Source: the human T2T-CHM13v2.0 reference genome, Homo sapiens
Assembly (NCBI RefSeq): GCF_009914755.1
Contig: NC_060939.1
Length of the DNA: 64,000 nt
Strand: one strand, 5' to 3'
Below the pieces are notes generated by a model. It did no database searches. It was not told the origin of the DNA and saw nothing but the letters and a program-made list of their open reading frames with translations. The position numbers were made by a program, and so were the translations under genes. Shown here in pieces: positions 1-12,422 of this stretch (the first letter of the stretch is position 1; every line of letters starts with the position of its first letter).

Positions 1-276
1 CTGAGAAAGAGAGCTTAGTCACTGCAATCTACCTTATGTCACATTCATAGGATTTCTATTCTGCCTGCCTGGTTCTAGCTAGCTGCCAGATGCTTTGCCA
101 GATGTTCTAAATGTGGACATGGTTATTTAGCTCCTAGGGACTGCAGCCTCTAACAACCAAATCTAACAATTTTCACTGAGGGTTTTAGGGCATATAAATT
201 GCAGATGATGAAGTGCACTTCTTTGAGGCCAAACAGAGTAATTGGCTAGAGTCTCTTACTCAATAAGCTCAGATTG

Positions 277-582
<306 letters not shown>

Positions 583-799
583 AAGCTCAGATCACTGGTT
601 CAGACCACATATAGTCCAGTTTGTGTGGCCTATGTTCTGCAGCTAGGCCTCCATCCACATCCACAGCCATCTTGCTAGCGTGTGTCATAAGGCCACAGGA
701 GCACGAAAGTGTGCATGATCAGTATAATCGTTTACTGTTACTGAAAATTCTATTAAGCAAATATTCCACCATATCAATAACAACTCTCCTCTCCTCTTC

Positions 800-990
800 T
801 TTATTCTTTACCTACTTACTAAGCTGAGAACCTTATAGGCAATAATCCTCAGACCAGCTCAAGGAAGCAACAACTATTATTATCTCCAATGCAGGGATAA
901 ACACTATAGGTAGAGAAGTTGAGAGGTCATACAACTGGTAATCAGCAAAATCAGAACTGTTCATCTAGAAAGCCCAATTTTCTTAGTACT
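800..990 (-). mobile_element. MIR remnant
   Basis: Degenerate reverse MIR core (CTATTATTATCTCCAAT...GAGAAGTTGAG...GGTCATACAACTGGTAA). Confidence 0.5.
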
Positions 991-1912
991 GTGTTTATCC
1001 TTTCTCATCAAAAGGGCAGCATATTATTGGAGTTTATAATGATTTTCCCATTAAGCCAAGTACATGCTAGCTCTTCACCTTCCTGAGAACAGAGACCACA
1101 GAGCCTTCTTCCAGGCCTCTGTCTCTTAGCCTCAGATGACTCCTATGCCTGTCACACTCTGTATGCCTGGTGAATCAAAGCACTGCCTGATTACACAAAG
1201 GAGAGTACTACCACTCTCTCCTGTGCATAAATTAAATATATATAAATTAAATATATATACATGTACACATTAGCCGCCATATCTCAACTTTAGACCCTAC
1301 GTATGTTACTTTCACATTTCTATACCTGATGCCCTATTTTGAGAGGGAGAAAGGGAGAGAAAAAAGAGAACTATGACCAACATAACTAGTCATTATTGTA
1401 CAATTATAGGGGATGTTTGTTCATGGAGCTTTAAACAGTAGTTTGCTACTGTCTCCACCCTTGAAATCCTGACAAAGATTGTGGGGTACCCTCTCAGAAT
1501 CATATGGGAAAAGTTTGATTTTCTTCTTTGACGATTGCAAGTATCTTCCTACCCAATCATTATCTAGATACTCCCTGAGGTTTGACATTTTGATATGTCA
1601 TGTTGAAGCGACAAAGTAGCCCTTATAGTATTGTGTATCCTGGATATTCCTGTGCTATCCCCTTCTCAGGTAGTTGCCCTCATGGGGGAGTTTGGCCTAA
1701 GGAAGTGTCCACAGGTAGCACAGACTTCACTGCTAGCTTCACAACATTCTCCACTGATAGGTTCTAAGCACAGCCACAGAGAAACTCCATGTATGGAGAA
1801 TTCTTGGGTTGAGCATTAGATTTTTGCTTCCAACAATATCACATGAGAAAATACATGTAATTTCAATCAACTTGCAACTTCACCTTCTTTAGATTTATAG
1901 AGCAGGTGTGTA

Positions 1913-2095
1913 TATTCATTGATCCAAAAATATGTATTGAGGCCTTATTATGTGCCAGGCACTGGAGAAATCATGGTGAACAGACCAGACACTTGCCTTC
2001 ATGGAGATTACTATGTAGTGGTAGAGACAAACCAAATAACCACTCGGAAAATGTAAAACTATGTCTCAAATAATTGTTTATAAAAAGAGACAAGG
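1913..2095 (-). mobile_element. L2 3' end remnant
   Basis: ATTCATT...TATTGAGGCCTTATTATGTGCCAGGCACTG...TGCCTTCATGGAG, typical reverse L2 3' end. Confidence 0.75.
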
Positions 2096-4420
2096 AGACT
2101 TCTACTTGTGGGAAAATAGAATGGATATATATTTTTTTCATATTCTGTCTGCAAAACATCCCCAAAACATTGCAATGTGTATACAAGACAAGGATTTAAA
2201 AAAAAAAAAAAAAAACTATGAAAGTTGGAGGGAAGGCAGGCTGACTAGGACCCAAGAAATGCAAAAACAACAGGGAGATGAGTGTCCTGGAGTTTCTTTT
2301 TGTCTCACACATGCCAAGTTTGAAGCTGAAGAAGCTGTCAATCAAGAAACGTCATAAGACAATAACAATCAGCAACAACAACTTACTGGGGAAGAGACAG
2401 AAACTGATTTCCAGAGTTGCCACATATTATTTAAAATGTAGTTTTAACAATTAAAAATATGAGATACGCAAAAACATAAGATGTAAGGCCCATATACAGG
2501 ACAAAGGAAATCAATAGAAATTATCTGTAAAGAGGTCTTGTCATTGAACTTATTGGACAAAGACTGCAAAACAGTTACTTAAATATGTTCAAACAACTAA
2601 AAGAGACCATGTTTAGAGAACAAAATGAAAGCAGGTGAATGATGTTTCATGAAATGGAGAATATTTAAAGGGAGAAATTTTAAAAAGAAGGAAACAGAAA
2701 TTCTAGAGTTGAAAAGTACAAAAACCCAAATAAAACAAAATTGGAAAGGGATTTAACAACGTATTTGAGCAAGTGGAAGAAAGAACCAGCAAACTTGAAA
2801 ATAGATTAAGTGAGATTATATAGGCTGAGAAATAAAGAATGAAAGAGCAAAAATGAACAGAACCTCAGAGACTGAAAGATGCTATCAAGCATAGCAACGT
2901 ATGCATAACAGGAATCCCAGAAGTAGAGGAGACAGAGAAAGGAGAAGAGAAAAGTATTTGAAGAAATAATGGCCAAGAAGTTCCCAAAATTGATGAAAAG
3001 CATCATACTGCAAATCCAAGAAACTCAACAAATTCCAAGTAGGATAAACTCAAAGAAATGTATAAGTAGACACATATTTAAATTGTTAAAGGCCAAAGAG
3101 AAAATCTTGAAAGCAGCAAGAAAATAACTGCTCACATACAAGTAATTATCAATAAGATTAATAGCTGACATCTCATAAGAAGCCATAGAGAACAGAAGGC
3201 AGTAGAATTACATACTCAAAGTGATGAAAGAAAAAGACTGTGAGCCAAGAATTCTACATCCACCAAAACTAACCTTCAAAAAAGGAAGGAGAAAGACACT
3301 TCTAGACAACCACAAACTGCGAGAAATTGTTGCTAATAATCCTGCCCTATAAGAAATACTAAAAGGAGTCCATTAAACTAAAATAAAATAGTAACTGGAA
3401 TTAACATAAAAAATACAGACAACTGATAGAGGTAACTATGTAAGTTTACATGTAAGAATATATTTTTATTATGCTTATTTTTTCTATCTGATCTAAAGTA
3501 AACTACAAAATGCAATTATTATAAATCTATATTCTTGGCCACACATGTATAAAGACGGAATTTGTATGATGCTAACAGCACAAAGAGGAATGGAGGGAAT
3601 GGAGCTAGATAAAAGCAAAATTTTTGTATGCTATTGAAATTAAGTTGATATTAATCAAAACTAAAATGTTATAAGATGCTAACGATAATCTTCAGCACAA
3701 CTCTAAGAAAATGGCTCGAAATATAAGAAATGACAAGGAAAAATGGTTCCCTATAAAATACATAGAAGGAAAAATGATTCACTATAAACTAACTCAAAAG
3801 AATACACCAATAGAGGGATACAGGAACAAAAAATTAAGACATATAAAAAATGAATAGCAAAGTGGTAGATATAAATCCTATCTTATCAATAATTGCATTA
3901 AATATAAATGTATTAAGCATTCCATTAATAACAGAAACTGACAGAATTGATAAAATAAACATCCAACTATATGTCATTTATGAGAGACACAATTTGATTT
4001 AAATATATGAAGATTTTAAACTAAAAGGATGAAAGAAAACAAAATGTTTAAAGTTATTAAACACAAAATATTTAAAAGGCCAATAAATTAAGAATCTATA
4101 ACAATGATAAATATACATATATATTTGTCCTAACAAAAAAGCCCCAAAATTCATGAAACAAAACTGTAAGAATTGTAAGAAGAAATAATTCAAAAATAAT
4201 AGTTAGAACATCAATACCCCACTCTCTATAATGGATAGAACAACTAGAGAGAAGACCAACAAGGGAATAAAAGATTTGGAAAACACTATAAACAAAACTA
4301 GAAGTTGTTTCTATGAAGATATCAACCGACGTGGCAAACCTTTAAGTAAACTGAACAAGAAAAAATAAACAAGAGAAGACTCAAATTACTAAAATCTTGA
4401 ATAAAAGTGGCGACATTACT
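2096..4420 (+). mobile_element. Old L1M LINE fragment (5' region, degenerate ORF1, start of ORF2), non-coding
   Basis: A-rich strand; ORF1-like TTTGAAGAAATAATGGCCAAGAAGTTCCCAAAATTGATGAAA and AAAATCTTGAAAGCAGCAAGA; ORF2 endonuclease-like ATCCAACTATATG and CAATACCCCACTCTC; many stops. Confidence 0.9.
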
Positions 4421-4950
4421 GGTTATGCTAGCAGCCAAGTTGTCACATGGAACTCAGGACCTCTCGTTAGCCCAGGGTGTTGCAGGCAGTGGAAGTAGCT
4501 GTTGTTTTCTCATTTTTTGGAGCAGGTTTGTTCTGAGTTGCTGTAATGACTTGAGTTTGTTGGTCTCCAGCCAGGAGGTGGCGCTTTCAAAAGAGTATAT
4601 AATGGCGCTTTGGAGAGGTGTATAATCTTTCAAGGTGGCGCTTTCAAGGGGTGTATAATCTTGCCCTATGGTGGCCATGATAAGTACTCGGGTTTCTTAG
4701 GTGATGGGCAGGGCCATAGAGCTCCCAAGAGATTATGTCTTTTGTCTTAGGAGTTTTTCAGCTGTCTTGAGGCATTTGCAGCCAGCAACCTGCTTCTTTC
4801 AAAGGGTTTCTGAATTATTTCAGTTTTCCTAGTATGTTCCTGTGGTGGTTCTAGGAGCAAAAGTTTACAAAGTGAGTCTCCAGCTGATGTTCTGTCTGTC
4901 TAAGCAGGAGCTACATGGTAGTCTTGTCTTCTATCTACCATTTTTTTTTT
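4421..4950 (-). mobile_element. L1M/L1MA-type 5'-region fragment, antisense
   Basis: Resembles reverse L1M 5' end (CCAGGAGGTGGCGCTTTCAA; GTTCCTGTGGTGGTTCTAGGAGCAAAAGTTTACA; CTATCTACCATTTT). Confidence 0.7.
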
Positions 4951-5519
4951 CCGGTTTTGTTAGGTTTTCTTTTTCATGTCTCAAGTCTAGAATAAAGACT
5001 TACAAATGATCAACCATTTTTAGTCATTCTTAAAGGATACATTTTTCCCCATTCTATGGGTAGTTATTTCAAAACTCTAAATGTAATGGTGCATAATGAA
5101 AGGATAAGGAAAACATTAGGGAAAAAAAAAAACCTTGTATGTATCCCCACTGTCTCCTTCAGCAGAAAATTTTTTTTTTCCTATTTTATTTGAGGATGTC
5201 ACTCTTTGGAAGTCTCCATTTTATTCCAGGTGTCTCTAACTACTGTCCTGTGTTGGGTCAAGCATTGTTTTTTGTTTTTGTTCTTTGGTATACATGACCC
5301 ATTAAAATCCAGATTATAAACTATCCTGGCTGGAGCCAGATCCTACAGATCTGCACTTTTATTTAATGTCTTATTTCTAAGAAATCATCTTATTCCTTTT
5401 TCCCTGCCAGATCAGCCATGCAGTTTAATCCAGTGTATTTTGTTCTACACTGGGAGAAATTTTTATGATCTCTAGTTCACCATATTGCTCAGCTTCCTAA
5501 GAGATTCCCTGGTTCTAAA

Positions 5520-6120
5520 CTGAAGGGCTTAAATTAAAAGTGAGATTAAGAGTAGAAATGTGAGGACAAGTTAGAGTTATTGCAATAGCAATAGTCTAGG
5601 CAAGAAATTGTAGCTTTAACTGCTGTGTACTTGATAGAAGTAGATCAAAGTGGATAGATTTGAGAGATACTTAAGTAAAATCAACATTACTTGTGGTGAA
5701 TTGGATGTGTGAGTTGGAGAAGGATGTTAGGGATAATGCCTATGTTCAGGATAATGTTCAACTTGTATAACTGGATGGACGGCAGTGCTCATCACTGAAA
5801 GAGGAACCTAGTTAAGAAAGTAAAAACTATGGGTTCTGTTTTGAGCCAAATATGGTGCCTTTGAGACCCTACGTGGCATATATGTGTCTGAAGGTCTGAG
5901 CTAGAGGTCCAACTCTGAACCAGAAATAAAAACTCACTTGACTGTGTAATTGAACTTCCTGGGCATGGGTGAAGTTGCCCAGGAAGAGGACACAGAGTGG
6001 AACAAAAGCAAGGATAGGACCAAATCTTGAGGACCTTAACCTCTAATGACCAGACAGTGGAGACTGAGCCTGCAGAGACAGAGAAGTGTGGTCAACAAGT
6101 TGGTAGGAAGTTTTAGAGAG
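5520..6120 (-). mobile_element. L2 remnant (probably continues the 1913-2095 copy)
   Basis: TATTGCAATAG..TAGTCTAGGCAAGA, AAGTGGATAGATTTGAGAGATACTT, GAATTGGATGTG: reverse L2 body. Confidence 0.75.
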
Positions 6121-6149
6121 GGTAGTGTTTCATTTTATCCCATTCTTTC

Positions 6150-6570
6150 TTATACCTACATTCAGCCATATTGGCATTCTCACCATTCCCTATAAGCCTT
6201 GCTCTTCCTTTCTTCTAGGACTTCATACATGCTATTCCTTCTGCCTTGAATATTCTCCATCCCCTTCTCCCTTTCCATCTTCCAATATTACTTCTGATGA
6301 ACTCCCATACATCCTTTAAGGTCTAACTCAAATATCAGAACTTCTAGGTAGTCTTTCTCAAATCCTGCCCTAAACCCATTCTAGACCAAGGTTTATACCA
6401 GGTTTCATTGTCCTTTTATCTTCGTTGCATGTATCATATTGTATCTCAATTTTCCTTAGGCTATTTAACTACAGTACCCTCTTAATTGCAGGATGGATGT
6501 CTTGTATAATACCACTGTTCTTCCAGTACCTAGCACAGCACTTGGTTCACAGTTGAATTATTTTTTAATA
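6150..6570 (+). mobile_element. L2 3' remnant
   Basis: ACATGCTATTCCTTCTGCCTTGAA...TCCTTTAAGGTCTAACTCAAATATC...CCAGTACCTAGCACAGCACTTGG. Confidence 0.75.
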
Positions 6571-7934
6571 AAAAGACTTAAAGAAAGTAGATCTCCAACA
6601 GGGTGCAGGACGCATCTGGACAAAGAGAAATCAAATGACCACCTAACATTAGGAAGACCTAAGGTGTTCATACACACTAAATCAAGGCAATTTGGGGCTG
6701 CTCACAGGTAACTGTGAGGTAACAATCAATATATGCTCACACAATTACCTCTCCCTTTTCCCTTCCACTAGGAGCCATGAGGTTGTTGCCTTCAGTGACA
6801 TCTGCTCTTCCTATTCCCATTACAGTCTTGCCCATATATTCTCAATTATATGTTACATAAATAAAATATTATGGGATGAATGTTGTGGTCTGTATGGAGA
6901 AGACATCATGTGATTTGTCTTTAATCCTTTGGCTTTCAAAACAATTCCCTGCAGATAACAACACTGAAGAAATTAAATGAATTCAACTAAGAGAACTAAG
7001 GAAATACATGGCATGAGGGTTAATGAGTCAACATCAGGGTGAGTGCCGTTTATGGGGTAGTTGGAGAAGTGAAAGGGGCTTGGAGTAGAACTGGTGCTGA
7101 GAGGTACTGCGGAAGGAATTAACTGGAGAGGAATTTGCAAAGAGGTAACAAGGTGGTGTGTAGGTGGAGGGGATGGGAATGAGGGATGTCTAACAAAAGA
7201 GGTTGGCCATCAGGTAGATCATTTGCTGGGACCAGGAAAGTTGATTGCAATGTCCCCAGTGATACTCAGCATGTAGGGGCTGTCCCTGGTTCAGGTTGCC
7301 TAGAAGGGTGGGATTAAGGGGCAATTTCAAGACTGTTTGGGTTTTCTTCCCAATGTGTTAATGCTTATTATGACTGAAAGGGGATGGCAAACAGCTTATG
7401 CTGCTGCTAACATCAGTCCATAAGAAATTGGGACAATGTCAGCAATCTGAAGCGGTTCTCTGGGGGTACATGTGAAAACGTCTAAGTGAAGTCTATTGAG
7501 TCTTGAGTGAAAGAACTGTAACCTCGCATGAAATTGTGACAGATGGCCATCTATCAGCACTCAGCAGCCACAGCACCCACAGTCTGCTATCTTCAGCTTA
7601 GTATCCAATTCTTCTGCTTATCTAGCTGTACATTTTCTCTTATTCATCATGTCCCATTATTTTCCCACACAATCCCTTTCCTGGCAAACGTAACTACATA
7701 TGGTTCTACAAACATGCCATGCGCCTTCCTATTTCCAATGCATATTTAGGTTTTTTATGTGAGAAGTGCACCTCTCTGATCTACTCAAACACAATTTCTA
7801 TGACTCCTTTCCTAGATCTACCCTCTTCGTATCATACATATACATATGTATGTATGTTAATATCTGCGTACAAAATCACCCAACTACATGCCTGGCAGCT
7901 CATGGCAGAGCAAAAATAACACAAACGTTCAGCC

Positions 7935-8116
7935 TATAGACTGGCTTAGAACCTGATTCTGTCACTACCTGGCACTATGATCTTGGGAAATTTATTTAAC
8001 CTCTCTAACTCTCAGTTTTCTTATTTATTATACTTACATCATAAGGATTTAGAGAAGATTAAATACTTTAACATTAAAACACCTAGTACAGTTTCCATGC
8101 ATAAGAAATGTTAATT
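7935..8116 (+). mobile_element. MIR
   Basis: GATCTTGGGAAATTTATTTAACCTCTCTAACTCTCAGTTTTCTTATTT core. Confidence 0.8.
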
Positions 8117-9409
8117 CTGGTTTACTATAGAAAGTACAACTTTCTATACACTGGCCTAAGTGTGGTTCTCTTACTATTTGGTAAGCTCCAGAAGTAATGT
8201 TATAGATTCAGCATCTTCTTTCTCTCTCCAAAGTGAACTTCTCATTCAACAAACCAATTATGAATGAAAACAAAAATGAACAAACACATGAATAGAAGAA
8301 AATTCCATGACCATTTCAAGTTTGTCTGATCTGCTTCCTGGGCAGCATAAGTTGTGGTATTTTAAACAAAAACAAAAGCAAACTCAAAGGCCGATGACCC
8401 AGCTGAGTTATTTTTTGCTATGTTAGTCCCAAGGACCAAAATGACTTTGTAATAACCCCGAGGGAAAAACTATACTTTGCAAAGGTCACAGGGAAGTCCA
8501 GGCGATATGTCTCTACTAACTTAGCAAAGGTAAGAGCTTGGCTTCAAATCTAGACTCGTTCAAAGGTTGACCTTTGTATTATTTTTATTAAAAAATATCC
8601 CTTCTGTGTTCTGATTTTGACTCTGTTCTCCAGTGGCTTCAGAAGTCACTTCTCTTCTTGGCATCATAATTCCCTCTTTTGTAAAGGGAGCTGGGGTGGC
8701 TTTGCAGGAGAGATGCCATGGTGATTGGGAGGACAAGATGAGACCTGAGTATCTCTACAGATCTCCTCCAGCTCTGGAGCCTGGCTCTGTGCACAAGGAC
8801 ACACAAGCCCCTAGAATGCAGGAGCAGTAGTGAGTATAAACCAAGGAGCCAGTAGAAACCCTGTGGAAATGTCACGCTGTGCCCAAGACTTAACTCCCCA
8901 GGCCCAGCTTTATCAAGTCTGAGCTGAGTTTTCCTTACTAATTTGAAACAGGCAGCCAGGGAAGGAAAGTCATGAAATAAAGCAAGCAGAGTCTCTGCTC
9001 TCAGGAGCTGAAGAGGTGCTAATTGTTGCTAAAGATCTTATCGGATCCTAGTTAGAGGCAGTGTTTAACCTCTGACTCCTGGTTGCTGCTCCCCACAGGT
9101 CTCAACACCTGCAGTGGAGAAAAGCCCTCTTCCCTCCAGACCTTTCCACACTCCTGCAGTCTACAGAGGAATGGCCCTTCCTGGGGAAAATCCGTAACTG
9201 GTGAGAGGCCAAGGAGCTAGCATCAGAGAGGAGGCTTCCACTCCTCAGGGCTCACATTGCCTCAGAATCCCTCGAGTGACTTTTGAAAGCCAGCACAACT
9301 ATCTAGGGCTGCTCCCTGCCTTCTGCACACCCCTGGAGAACCACAATTTGAGGGTGGGGCCTAAGCGTCTGTATTTTTCATAACCTTTTCTTTTTGTATT
9401 GAATAGTGT

Positions 9410-9630
9410 AGAGGCAGCCTAAAATAAAGGTTAGGAACAGCCTGGGCTGGCTGGGTACATTTTCTAACTTTCCATCAACAAGCTTCAGACAAGTCATTTA
9501 ATCTTCCTAGGCTTGTTTCCTCATTTGCAAAATAGTGATAGGGACTATATCATGAAACTGTTATGAAAATTAAATCAGTATTTGTAAAACACTGAGAACA
9601 GTGTCTGGCACATAGTAGGCATGACATACA
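9410..9630 (+). mobile_element. MIR
   Basis: CAAGTCATTTAATCTT...TTTCCTCATTTGCAAAATAG...GAACAGTGTCTGGCACATAGTAGGC. Confidence 0.8.
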
Positions 9631-9689
9631 CATACAACTTTGCTAAATAAAACTAAATAAATGTCACTGCTTCAGGCTTTTATGTAATC

Positions 9690-9869
9690 CAGAGGCTCTC
9701 AAAGTATACATGTCAAGGCCAGAAGCCCCAGCATCACCCAGAAACTTTTCCAAAATGCAAATCCCTTTAGCAACACCCCAGACTTATTAAATCCAAAGTT
9801 CTAGAGGTGGGACTTGGTAGTCGGTTTTCACAAACTCTCCAGACATACACTAGAGTTGGAGAACCAAGG
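9690..9869. mobile_element. MER5A-like hAT-Charlie MITE
   Basis: CAGAGGCTCTCAAAGT ... CAGCATCACCCAGAAACTT..AAATGCAAAT ... TTGGAGAACCA termini. Confidence 0.75.
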
Positions 9870-10079
9870 CTCTCAGTCATTCACATTCCTCTTCTTCAAC
9901 AAACATCCCCTTTGTTCTCCCTGGGAGATGTGCAAGTTATTCTAGAACTCCAGATTCTCCTCAAAATGCATTTTTTATTTATGAACATTCTTTTGGTAAC
10001 AAGTGGCAGGTACCCCATTCAAGCCAATTTAAACCCCAAAGAGGATTTATTGCCTCATAAAACAGAAATGCCCAGTGGT

Positions 10080-10265
10080 CATAACATCCAATATTTACTG
10101 CCCAGCACTATTCTAAGCACCTTATGTATATTAACGCACTTAATTTTCAGAACAGTTCTATGAAGGAGATGCTATTACTCTCTCCACTGTAAAGCCAAGG
10201 GAACAAGGAACAGAGAGGTACAGGAACTCACCCAAGGTTGCACAGGAAACAAGTGATGGCCTCGA
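10080..10265 (-). mobile_element. MIR
   Basis: CCAGCACTATTCTAAGCACCTTATGTATATTAAC...CCCAAGGTTGCACAG. Confidence 0.75.
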
Positions 10266-10351
10266 GGTTCCAATGCACAAGGCCATGCCACAGCAGTGCT
10301 CTCAGTCACTTGCAAGGAAAGGCAGGGTCCAGGCACTCACACTAGGGAAGC

Positions 10352-10765
10352 TAGCTTAGTCCATTTGTGCTGCTATAACAAAATACTACAAACTAGGCAA
10401 TTTAAATCATGGAAATTTATTTCTCACAGCTCTTGGAAGTCTGGGAAGTCCAAGATCAAGGTACTGCCAAAGTCAGCGTCTACAGAAGGTTGGCTCTCCT
10501 TTCACGACAGTGCCTTGTTGCCGCATTTTCACATGGTGGAAGGAGAGACGGCAAAAGAGATAAATGCTGTGTCTTCACGTGGCAGAAGAGGTGGAGGGCT
10601 GAATTTGTCCCCTCAAGCTCTTTGGTAAGGCACTAATCTCATCTATGAAGAGGGAGTCCTCAAGACCTAATCACTTCCTAAAGACCCCACCTCTTAATAC
10701 TGTTGCATTAGGGATGAAGTTTCAACATAAATTTGAGAGTGGACACAAACATTCAAACCATGACA
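10352..10765 (-). mobile_element. MaLR solo LTR (MSTD/MLT1A-like)
   Basis: CTTAGTCCATTTGTGCTGCTATAACAAAATAC...GGGAAGTCCAAGATCAAGG...GGACACAAACATTCAAACCATGACA. Confidence 0.88.
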
Positions 10766-10779
10766 ATAGCTGCTTCCAT

Positions 10780-11013
10780 TTTTCTCCATTCTCAGGTCTT
10801 GCTTTACGTTGGATCATCCCCAGTCTCAGGCAGGTAGTCCTTGTGCAGGACCCTGGGTGGTCCAGCATAACGCCTTTGTATATGATTGCATATAGAGGCA
10901 AAGGGCTCCTCTCCCTCAATTGTCCTAACAAGAGCCAACGAATTGGCTCTGATTGCACTGACCTGTGCTTCAGGTTCTCCCTGGACCAATCATTGGAACA
11001 GACTCTAGAGGAT
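10780..11013 (-). mobile_element. Old MLT1 (K/L-like) LTR fragment; other pieces at ~9990-10075 and ~11652-11790
   Basis: GGCTCTGATTGCACTGACCTG...CTGGACCAATCATTG, continued after the LTR8 by TTTGGCCAGGCTGTGTCACATGGCCAC. Confidence 0.5.
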
Positions 11014-11651
11014 TGCAACCGCCTTTGCAGAATTATTACTGAAACAGTGAAAGAGATCTAACCTAACTGACTCCATCTTGCTTCTAACCTTTAAGCTTTG
11101 TTCATTCCTAGGCATAGGCTGAACTAACTTTGGGAGGAACTTATAGTTTAAAATGAAGACAACAACAGCCATTTCCCAAAATAAACCTCCTTCTTGCCTG
11201 GGGACAAGATTGCCTTTGTAGGACTAACATTAGCCAAAAGAGTAGAAATTATGGTTTAGGAGTCATGTAGCTGGAGGTTAAACTGCCCCTAAGATCAGTG
11301 CTTGAGATATTTTGCAGGCCCTGCACTTGATAGATCAGCTGGCACCACCCAGACTGATAAATCAGCACATCTGATTTTGCGGCCCCCACCCAGGAACTGA
11401 CTGAGCACTAGAGGACAGCTTCAACTTCCCATGATTTCGTCTCCTACCTAACCAATCAGCACTCCTGGCTCACTGGCTTCCCCCCACCAAGTTGTCCTTA
11501 AAAACTCTGATCTCCCAGTGCTCAGGGAGACTGATTTGAGTAATAATAAAACTCCGGTCTCCCACACAACTGGCTCTGCATGAATTACTCTTTCTCTTTT
11601 GCAATTCCCCTGGCTAGGCCATAGGCAAGGTGAACCCATTGGGCAGTTGCA
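11014..11651 (+). mobile_element. LTR8 solo LTR (ERV1, HUERS-P1 family)
   Basis: TGCAACCGCCTTTGCAGAATTAT...GACTCCATCTTGCTTCTAACC...AATAATAAAACTCCGGTCTCC...GGGCAGTTGCA; colinear with the LTRs at 42848 and 49407. Confidence 0.92.
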
Positions 11652-11799
11652 GATTAAATATGTCATTTGGCCAGGCTGTGTCACATGGCCACAAGGGCCC
11701 ACAGGGCCCAAGGGTCTGGAGGGAGCTTTCTCCTGAGTGATATAAACCAGAGGAGGAAGGCTGGCTAGGCAACAAATAGCCATGCTACATGCTAGGCCC

Positions 11800-12000
11800 T
11801 GTTTCAAAAGCTTTCTAGATATACAATCACTGACTCATCACAATAATTCTATGACACAGATACTGTCTATACCCTATTTTTCAAACAAGGAAATGGAAGC
11901 AGAAGACTAAGTAGCTTGTCCACGGACACCACATAAGTAGTGAATAGCAGAACCTGCATTGGACTGCCTGGCTCTGGAAGTCTATGCACTTAGCAGCTAG
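11800..12000 (-). mobile_element. MIR
   Basis: CCCTATTTTTCAAACAAGGAAATGGAAGCAGA..TAAGTAGCTTGTCC. Confidence 0.7.
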
Positions 12001-12186
12001 ACCAACCTGTCACTGATGCTTTTGTCAGTTCTGAGTTGAAGACGCTCCTCACCATATTGGCCAGGTTCAGCTTCCTTCAAACATAAGAAGACAAAGAGAC
12101 TTACCCAATCTATCCCATCTGGGAGTTTCTCCAAATAACAGTTGCCTTCTTTCTTTACTGGCTACAATATTGCAAATACCACAAAG

Positions 12187-12310
12187 GAGGGTGCCTAGAT
12201 TTTAGCAACTAAAAACACAGGGCACTCGGTTAAATTTCAACTTCAGATAAACAATTTTTTGTTTGTTGAGTATAAGTAGAATCCATGCAATATTTTATCT
12301 GGCAACTCTA
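12187..12310. mobile_element. MER53-like hAT MITE, internally deleted
   Basis: AGGGTGCCTAGAT...GTTAAATTTCAACTTCAGATAAACAA...TATTTTATCTGGCAACTCTA terminal inverted repeats. Confidence 0.8.
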
Positions 12311-12331
12311 CCTCAGAGTGAGATTTGTACC

Positions 12332-12422
12332 TAAGGTGCCTAACTGTACCAGTTTGCCCAGGACTGAGTGAGTTCCCAACACATGGGAGTTTCAGCTGAA
12401 CCAGAACCAGTTGGTCACTCTG
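12332..12422. mobile_element. MER81-like hAT-Blackjack MITE
   Basis: TAAGGTGCCTAACTGTACCAGTTTGCCCAGGACTGAG...AGTTGGTCACTCTG. Confidence 0.72.

Noticed and set aside
10296-11061. Overlapping 75-138 aa ORFs
   Set aside because: They lie across MaLR/LTR8 sequence; chance open frames in LTRs
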